Shown piece after piece: positions 57,439 through 64,000 of a stretch of DNA of 64,000 nt (position 1 is its first letter; each line of letters opens with the position of its first letter). This DNA comes from a virus (Duplodnaviria > Caudoviricetes): IMG/VR virus record IMGVR_UViG_3300023119_000004; one strand, given 5' to 3'. The notes beneath the pieces are model-generated. The model saw only the letters and a list, made by a program, of their open reading frames with translations. It did no database searches and was not told the DNA's origin. The position numbers and the translations under genes are program-made.

Positions 57439-58684
57439 CTGCTGTATCTCTCATGTATTTACACAAATCAAAAAATTGTGCTCTTGTATGTTTACCTGCT
57501 AACATTGTTTTAAAATTATTTAACAGTTTATCACTTTCTGCATATTTCCATTTGACTTGTTCTTCCCAAGTCATATTTCTTAATTGAAGGACTACTCTTT
57601 CTAGTTCTGCATAAATCTTTTTCCAGCGTTTATAATCGTCTGGTTCGTCATCAAAACTATAATCAAAGCAGTCAAAAAGTTGATAGCCGTACTCTTGCAA
57701 CTTTTTGTTTGCACCTTGTTGCCCCCAAATAATAAATGGTTGCATATGAAACATTGATCTAAATGTTTTTTCACTCCAAAACTGACTAGTACCTTGCCAG
57801 TTTTCAGCAAACGTTTCGTTAACTATTTGAAATAACGTTTGATCGTGTAAGTGTGTATTAAGGAACATAGCATGGTTTGTAATAAAATCTTCTGTGTCTG
57901 CAACTAAAGGTAATACAGTTTTATTCCAGCGTCTTAAGTGTTTAGGTTCAATACCGTGGTCGCCTGGAATTTGACTAACATAACCATCCCAACTAAAATA
58001 TTTAGAATTAAAGTTTCCGTGACTTATAAGGCCGTCAAACAAGTAGTCACCGTGAAATATCTCCCAAGCAGACAATGTTCTATGTGGTCTATTAACTCTA
58101 CTTAAACTTAAGAATAGTTTATTCTTAAATTTTGACTTGGTTCCTTTTTTACTTGCTTTTAATCTTTTGTTTGCTTGTTCATTAATATCACCGTGTTGGT
58201 CCACAATAAGATTTGCACCTTGCACACCAAACAACATAGATTCAAAATTGTTAAAGCACATTAGTTTAATGCTTCTAGTAATTCCGTGTTCTTGATTGTA
58301 TCTTTTTAAATTATCATGATCTAGCATATTACTAGAAATATAAATTACTCTTTCGGGATCAACACCGTGTTCTTTACAATTAAAATACAGTACATCAAAA
58401 AATGGTTGATCGTAAATTGTGCTAAAGCCCTCGGTACTTGCATCAAAGATAAAAAATGTTTTCTTATCCTTTTTCAGTTGACGTAGATGAGATAAACGCA
58501 TTTGTCTAAAAATTGGTGCAGTTTTTGGCCATCTAGGATATTTAATCAATCCTTGATAAATGGTAATGTCCTTGTGTACAATACCACTTTTGTTAAATTC
58601 TTCTTTTAAAAACTCATAGGTTAGAGTGTTTTGCGGACACGATAAAAAATCGTTATGTTGAAAAAAGCCAATGATGCGATTCAT
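57416..58684 (-). CDS. glycosyltransferase-like protein (GT-B/GT10-like C-terminus)
   Basis: FLSLSRVNRPHR and IVNETF..FWSEKTF..QPFIIWG. Start reassigned from TTG 58699 to ATG 58684. Confidence 0.45.
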   Translation of the reverse strand: MNRIIGFFQHNDFLSCPQNTLTYEFLKEEFNKSGIVHKDITIYQGLIKYPRWPKTAPIFRQMRLSHLRQLKKDKKTFFIFDASTEGFSTIYDQPFFDVLYFNCKEHGVDPERVIYISSNMLDHDNLKRYNQEHGITRSIKLMCFNNFESMLFGVQGANLIVDQHGDINEQANKRLKASKKGTKSKFKNKLFLSLSRVNRPHRTLSAWEIFHGDYLFDGLISHGNFNSKYFSWDGYVSQIPGDHGIEPKHLRRWNKTVLPLVADTEDFITNHAMFLNTHLHDQTLFQIVNETFAENWQGTSQFWSEKTFRSMFHMQPFIIWGQQGANKKLQEYGYQLFDCFDYSFDDEPDDYKRWKKIYAELERVVLQLRNMTWEEQVKWKYAESDKLLNNFKTMLAGKHTRAQFFDLCKYMRDTADGKTINS

Positions 58685-58699
58685 GTTTCTGGGTTCCAA

Positions 58700-58718
58700 T
58701 AAATACTATGTATTTATA
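58700..58718. promoter_or_regulatory. face-to-face pair of late promoters
   Basis: TAAATA (+) at 58700-58705 and an exact TATAAATA (-) at 58711-58718. Confidence 0.65.
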
Positions 58719-58744
58719 TGCGTACTTAATTAACGGAGAATAGT

Positions 58745-59917
58745 GTGAATATTGGATTTATTGGTTTGGGTAAATTAGGTTTACCTTGTGCAGAAGTTAT
58801 TGCAGAAAAAGGACACAATGTCAGCGGTTACGACATAGTTGATGTTAAGAGCGATTTAGTTTCAGTAAAAGAAACTATTAAAGAAGCAGTACATGATAGA
58901 GATATTGTTTTTATTGCAGTACCTACACCCCATCATCCAGACTATGACGGTAAGCAACCGACAGCACATTTAGAACCAAAAGATTTTTCGTATGATATTG
59001 TAATTGATGTAGTACGCGAAGCAAACAGACATATGAATAACAGTCAATTACTTGTGCTTATTAGCACAGTTCTTCCTGGTACAGTACGTAGAGAATTTGT
59101 ACAGCATATTACTAATCCAAGATTTGTTTATAATCCATACTTAATTGCAATGGGTACAGTTGCTTGGGATATGGTAAATCCTGAAATGGTTATGATTGGA
59201 ACCGAAGACGGATCTAAGACAGGCGATGCAAAAGAACTTATTGATTTTTATAAAACAATAATGGAAAACAAACCAAGATACGAAGTTGGTACTTGGGACG
59301 AATGTGAATGTATTAAAGTTTTTTACAACACATTTATTAGTACTAAAATTGGATTCGTTAATATGATTCAAGATGTTGCAGAACGTCAAGGTAATATTGA
59401 TGTTGATGTAGTTACTGAAGCATTATCAAAAAGTACACAACGTATAATGGGTCCAAAATATATGAAAGCAGGTATGGGCGATGGCGGTGCTTGTCACCCA
59501 AGAGATAACATTGCTCTACGTTTTATGGCACAACAATTAGACTTGCAATATGACCTATTTGATGCTATAATGAATGCACGTGAAGTACAAGCAAAAAATA
59601 TGGCAAAGTATTTGGTAAAACTTGCTTCTGCAAATGACTTGCCAATTTTGTTAAATGGAATTGCGTATAAGCCTGATGTTCCATACAAAGACGGAAGTTA
59701 TAGTTTGCTTGTAGGACACTACTGTAAAGAATTAGGATATCACTGTATTGAAGTCGATCCTTTAGCAAGTCCGCAAAAAGGTCCTTTTAGTGCAGTTGTT
59801 TTACTAGCACATCCTAAACTTTATTGTTTCCTCAACGACGATAGTATTGTTGTTGACCCGTGGAGAGAATTTAAGTCTGATACGCTTAAAGTGTATCATT
59901 ATGGTAATACAAGATGA
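58745..59917 (+). CDS. ugd: UDP-glucose/GDP-mannose 6-dehydrogenase family protein
   Basis: GLGKLG Rossmann motif, FIAVPTP, STVLPGT, YNP, KVFYNTFISTKI and catalytic GGACHPRD. Confidence 0.9.
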   Translation: MNIGFIGLGKLGLPCAEVIAEKGHNVSGYDIVDVKSDLVSVKETIKEAVHDRDIVFIAVPTPHHPDYDGKQPTAHLEPKDFSYDIVIDVVREANRHMNNSQLLVLISTVLPGTVRREFVQHITNPRFVYNPYLIAMGTVAWDMVNPEMVMIGTEDGSKTGDAKELIDFYKTIMENKPRYEVGTWDECECIKVFYNTFISTKIGFVNMIQDVAERQGNIDVDVVTEALSKSTQRIMGPKYMKAGMGDGGACHPRDNIALRFMAQQLDLQYDLFDAIMNAREVQAKNMAKYLVKLASANDLPILLNGIAYKPDVPYKDGSYSLLVGHYCKELGYHCIEVDPLASPQKGPFSAVVLLAHPKLYCFLNDDSIVVDPWREFKSDTLKVYHYGNTR

Positions 59918-60822
59918 AAAAAATTTTAATAGTTGGTGATAGCAATGCACTAGGTGAGTGGGGAACAATTATTCCTGGGCCGGGGTGTGCTAACAACAAC
60001 GATCCAGAAGTGTTTCGTCCTTGGAATAAAGAAAAATATTTAAGCGGTGATTTTCCTAAACCTTTTCAAGTTGTTTGGCCAGGCTTTGGTTATCATTTAG
60101 ATCAAATGGGTCATTGTACAGTTAACTATGCTTTTGGCGGAGCAGGAAATTTCGAAAGTATTTTTAAAGTTGAAGAAGCACTAGGATTAGCACCTTGCTT
60201 TACAAGTCCTGTTTTTTATAATCCTGATTTAATTATATGGATGCTAACAGAGCCTTGTAGAGATTTAAAAAGAAGTTTATGGCCAGATGAAGCAGGCTTG
60301 TATGATTTAGAGAAGTATCATAAACAAAGTGATCCGCTAGTAGCAGAAGCAAAGTCAATTAAAGAAATAAATGACGGCCTGCTTAAAATTGCACTAGACG
60401 GCGCACAAAAAATTTATGAAGAAACTAATATTCCATGGTTAGTAATTGAAGGCTGGGGAAAATTACCAGAAGATATTTCACAATACACTTTTATTAAACA
60501 CGTTCATCGCGGATGGATGGATAGTATTATAGAACGTCCGGTTCCGTTAATTAGTTCTTGGGGTACAGCAGAAAATGTACGTAGACGTAGACCCGACCTA
60601 ACAGAAAATGCGGCAGATGCATTACGTATGTTTGCTAGACAACGACCTGAACTAAACATTCCGGATATTCCAGAAGGTATAGAAACAGAATTTAGAAGCA
60701 TTGTTGAAGATTACGAAGTTGTTATTGACCTAATGAATAAAAGTGATAAGTTTCCAGATAACTGTCATGTTGATAGACATATACAAAAACAACTAGCAGA
60801 GGATATTGCAAAATATGTATGA
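59914..60822 (+). CDS. SGNH/GDSL-like hydrolase
   Basis: LIVGDSN, NYAFGGAGN and C-terminal DNCH. Confidence 0.55.
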   Translation: MKKILIVGDSNALGEWGTIIPGPGCANNNDPEVFRPWNKEKYLSGDFPKPFQVVWPGFGYHLDQMGHCTVNYAFGGAGNFESIFKVEEALGLAPCFTSPVFYNPDLIIWMLTEPCRDLKRSLWPDEAGLYDLEKYHKQSDPLVAEAKSIKEINDGLLKIALDGAQKIYEETNIPWLVIEGWGKLPEDISQYTFIKHVHRGWMDSIIERPVPLISSWGTAENVRRRRPDLTENAADALRMFARQRPELNIPDIPEGIETEFRSIVEDYEVVIDLMNKSDKFPDNCHVDRHIQKQLAEDIAKYV

Positions 60823-61498
60823 TATAGTTTTTATAAGTTGGCAAGAACCCAATGCAGATGAAGTATATGCAAAGTTAAAAGAAAAGTTTCCTATGGCTAA
60901 ACGTGTTCATGGTGTAAAAGGAATTCATAATGCACATATTGCCGCGGCAAAAAAATGTTTTACAAAAATGTTTTGGGTGGTAGACGGTGATGCTATTATT
61001 AAAGATGACTTTGATTTTAGTTACGAAGTTGACGAGTACAATGTAGATACAGTTCACGTATGGCGTTGTGAAAATCCTGTAAATGATTTAGTTTATGGGT
61101 ATGGCGGAGTAAAGTTATTACCTCGGTCATTAACACTAAAAATGAATACTGAGACAGTTGATATGACAACAAGTATTAGTGATAACTTTAAAGCAATGGA
61201 TCAAGTTAGCAATATTACTGCTTTTAATACAGATCCTTTTAATACTTGGAAAAGTGCATTTAGAGAATGTGTAAAATTGTCTAGTAAAATCATTGATAGA
61301 GAAGAAGATGAAGAAACTTTATTTAGACTTACTGACTGGTGTCAAAAAGGCATGGACAGACCATTCGGAAACTATTGTATCGATGGTGCTCGCCGTGGTA
61401 GTGACTTTGGTCTTGCTCACCGTAATGAGCCTGAGTCTTTAAAACTTATAAACGATTGGGATTGGTTGCATGAGCAATTTTCAAAAAATTCCATTTGA
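60806..61498 (+). CDS. GT2-like glycosyltransferase (paralogue of 53152..54039)
   Basis: FISWQEPN..KRVHGVKG..AHIAAA..WVVDGD, and TWKSAFRECVKL. The true start may be the second Met (about 60815). Confidence 0.55.
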   Translation: MQNMYDIVFISWQEPNADEVYAKLKEKFPMAKRVHGVKGIHNAHIAAAKKCFTKMFWVVDGDAIIKDDFDFSYEVDEYNVDTVHVWRCENPVNDLVYGYGGVKLLPRSLTLKMNTETVDMTTSISDNFKAMDQVSNITAFNTDPFNTWKSAFRECVKLSSKIIDREEDEETLFRLTDWCQKGMDRPFGNYCIDGARRGSDFGLAHRNEPESLKLINDWDWLHEQFSKNSI

Positions 61499-62450
61499 CA
61501 AGATTACACGCTTTGGTCAAAAAACAATGCTTGACGAAGGCGTGTTTTCTGTTAGTTGGATACTAGGAAGATTTTGTAATTACAAATGTAGTTACTGCTG
61601 GCCTTATGCTAATACAGACAAACCAGATCACTTTAGTTTGCAGACATATAAACATACAATAGATGAAATTAAACGCCAAGCAAATGATAACGGATTTAGC
61701 AAATTTCATTTTAGTTTTAGTGGTGGTGAACCAACAGCATACAAACACCTACTTGAACTAATTCAATACTATGAAGATTTTAAAAGTCCATATTTAAGTA
61801 TTCACATGACAACTAATCTATCTCCTAACAAGTCATGGTGGATGCGTTGGTTAGATAAAACCTTTGTTATGGATAGAAGAAGTTTAACAGCAAGTTATCA
61901 TGCAGAGTTTGCTGACGAAAAAGAATTTGGTGATAAGTGTTTAATGCTTATGGAAAATAATACACTTGTAACAGTTAATCAAGTTATGGTTCCAGAACAC
62001 TTTAACGAATATTACGATAGATGTGCAAGATTAAATGAAAGGGGAATTCATGTCACACTCAAGCCGCAATCAGATCCTACTGCGTCATTTGTGGTCTCTG
62101 GTTATACAGATGATCAACTGGAAAAATTACAAACAGGATTCCCGCAAGAAATCGACGGAGAAGAAGTCGCACAAGTTCGCCTCGAAACAAATGATGGAAT
62201 AAAATACGAAATAGATCAAGCAGAACGGTTTAATGCTTTTGGATTTAATAAGTTTAAAGGGTGGAACTGTAATGCAGGATATCAAAGTTGTATTATACGT
62301 GGTAATGAAGTTAAGAGGGCATATAGTTGTAGTGACGAACCATTAGGTACACTTACACACGGTTTTACGCTGTTTAAGACACCATCTAAATGCGTTACTG
62401 ATACTTGTGTTAGTAGTGCAGATAACAAAATACCAAAGGTAAAACTATGA
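61470..62450 (+). CDS. radical SAM protein with C-terminal twitch-like cysteines
   Basis: CNYKCSYC, FSGGEP, and C-terminal CNAG..SC..C..C. Confidence 0.85.
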   Translation: MSNFQKIPFDKITRFGQKTMLDEGVFSVSWILGRFCNYKCSYCWPYANTDKPDHFSLQTYKHTIDEIKRQANDNGFSKFHFSFSGGEPTAYKHLLELIQYYEDFKSPYLSIHMTTNLSPNKSWWMRWLDKTFVMDRRSLTASYHAEFADEKEFGDKCLMLMENNTLVTVNQVMVPEHFNEYYDRCARLNERGIHVTLKPQSDPTASFVVSGYTDDQLEKLQTGFPQEIDGEEVAQVRLETNDGIKYEIDQAERFNAFGFNKFKGWNCNAGYQSCIIRGNEVKRAYSCSDEPLGTLTHGFTLFKTPSKCVTDTCVSSADNKIPKVKL

Positions 62451-62761
62451 AGAAGTTATGGGAACGCCTCAAGGCGCATGATAAAAAAGTAAAAGAAGCA
62501 CAAGCAAATTTTAAAGTTTCTGATATAAAGAACAAATACGTTAGAGCATTTATGTGGATATTCATGCTTAAATTTGTATGGGATATTACTACATTATTTG
62601 AAAAATATTTTCCTATGAAAAAAGTATATAAGGTATTAGGTTTAGGTTGGACAAAGTTAGGCTATTATGTGTTTTGGTTATTATGGTTTATATTTGTAGT
62701 TGTATCATTGTATTACATATTAGGCGAAGAATTATTTGATCAACTGGTAAATGAATTATGA
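62447..62761 (+). CDS. small membrane protein
   Basis: Two aromatic-rich hydrophobic segments. ATGA overlaps at both ends. Confidence 0.6.
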   Translation: MKKLWERLKAHDKKVKEAQANFKVSDIKNKYVRAFMWIFMLKFVWDITTLFEKYFPMKKVYKVLGLGWTKLGYYVFWLLWFIFVVVSLYYILGEELFDQLVNEL

Positions 62762-63360
62762 AAATTGAATTAGATGATATTATGTTTTGGATGGACGCTA
62801 TACGCAATAGCGAAGACAAGTATCGCACACTTGAAAGTTTTTGGAAAGGACAGTTGCGTAGTAAACGTTGGTTAATAGAACAACTAGAACAATCAGCATT
62901 GCCTAGCAAAAATAGAATTGTAATACACGGAGGGTGGAACGGTGTGTTAGCAAGTATGATATTCAATAGCGATATTAATGTTGAACATATTACTTCGGTA
63001 GATATAGATTCAGAGTGCGAACAAATTGCTAGTACAATGAACAAACGTCAAGAGATGGAAGGACGTTTTAAATCAGTTACAGCAGATATGTGTGATTATA
63101 AGTATGAAGCAGATATTGTCATTAATACAAGTTGCGAACATATTACACAAGAACAGTACGAGCAATGGTTAAGCAATGTTCCACAAAATGCTACTATAGT
63201 TTTACAAAGTAATGACTATGATGAGTTAGATGAGCATATTAACTGTTCAAAGGATTTAATGAACTTTTCAGATAAATCTAAAATAAAAGTTTTTACTGGT
63301 GCAACACTTAGGCTCGATAAGTATAATAGATTTATGATTATAGGTAAGAAACGTGTATAA
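62758..63360 (+). CDS. class I SAM-dependent methyltransferase
   Basis: IHGGWNG (motif I variant), SVDID, ADMCD and INTSCEH. Confidence 0.7.
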   Translation: MKIELDDIMFWMDAIRNSEDKYRTLESFWKGQLRSKRWLIEQLEQSALPSKNRIVIHGGWNGVLASMIFNSDINVEHITSVDIDSECEQIASTMNKRQEMEGRFKSVTADMCDYKYEADIVINTSCEHITQEQYEQWLSNVPQNATIVLQSNDYDELDEHINCSKDLMNFSDKSKIKVFTGATLRLDKYNRFMIIGKKRV

Positions 63361-64000
63361 TATAGAAGACATTAGAGCGATACATTTAGAAGTAACGTCA
63401 AAGTGCCAAGCCTCTTGTCCTATGTGTGCTAGAAATTTACAAGGCGGTCCGTTAAATCCTTTCCTTAAACTAAACGAAGTTGATCTAGGAACATTTGTAA
63501 ATTGGATTCCAAGAAACATTGTACGTCAACTAGATCGTTTGTATATGTGTGGTAATTTCGGCGATCCTATTATTGCAAATGACACACTTGAAATATTTCA
63601 ATATTTACGTGAAACAAATCCATCGATTAGTTTAAGCATGAATACAAACGGTAGTGCTAGGAATACAGAATGGTTTAAAGATCTTGCTAATTTAAATGTG
63701 CGTGTTCGTTTTGGTATTGATGGATTAGAAGATACACACAGTAAATATCGTATTGGTACAGACTGGAATAAAATTATAGAAAATGCAAAATCATTTATCA
63801 ATGCTGGCGGATATGCTATTTGGGATATGTTAATTTTTAGTCATAATGCACATCAAAAAGAAGCGTGTAAAGAATTAGCAGATACTATTGGCTTCAAAGA
63901 GTTTTACAGTAAAAACACAAGTAGATTTAGAGATGACGTATTACCTGTATTAGATAAAACAGGAAAACAAGTTGATACACTTTACCCAACAGAAAAGAGT
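63353..64000 (+). CDS. radical SAM protein (partial, runs off the window; absent from the ORF track)
   Basis: GTG at 63353 gives MYNIEDIRAIHLEVTSKCQASCPMCARN (CxxxCxxC), then MCGNFGDP and TNG. Open to the window end. Confidence 0.85.
   Translation, partial: MYNIEDIRAIHLEVTSKCQASCPMCARNLQGGPLNPFLKLNEVDLGTFVNWIPRNIVRQLDRLYMCGNFGDPIIANDTLEIFQYLRETNPSISLSMNTNGSARNTEWFKDLANLNVRVRFGIDGLEDTHSKYRIGTDWNKIIENAKSFINAGGYAIWDMLIFSHNAHQKEACKELADTIGFKEFYSKNTSRFRDDVLPVLDKTGKQVDTLYPTEKS

Noticed and set aside
1-64000. Stop-codon reassignment, as seen in some large phages
   Set aside because: Core genes are full length under the standard code, and TAA, TAG and TGA all end genes at sensible positions.

Overview
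This window is part of a large, AT-rich T4-like (myovirus-type) phage genome, likely from an aquatic or uncultured lineage. It has no tRNA, rRNA or CRISPR array, and uses the standard genetic code. From left to right: (1) a minus-strand head module (tape measure, portal, prohead core, protease, scaffold, major capsid); (2) a gp26-like tail/hub chaperone pair with a clear -1 frameshift signal; (3) two putative capsid-internal proteins; (4) a ~470-nt ORF-free, highly structured region just downstream of a GIY-YIG nuclease; (5) a sigma70-driven operon of gp55-like sigma factor, gp47 and gp46; (6) a plus-strand baseplate module with a 4,928-aa giant protein, followed by three paralogous tail fibres; (7) a ~13.5-kb coupled cluster of glycosyltransferase-like, radical SAM, SGNH, UDP-glucose dehydrogenase and methyltransferase genes. 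All product calls come from reading motifs and gene order by eye; no database search was run. Top leads are the structured ncRNA candidate, the frameshift, the radical SAM/glycosylation cluster beside the fibre genes, and the apparent avoidance of AGCT and GCWGC.
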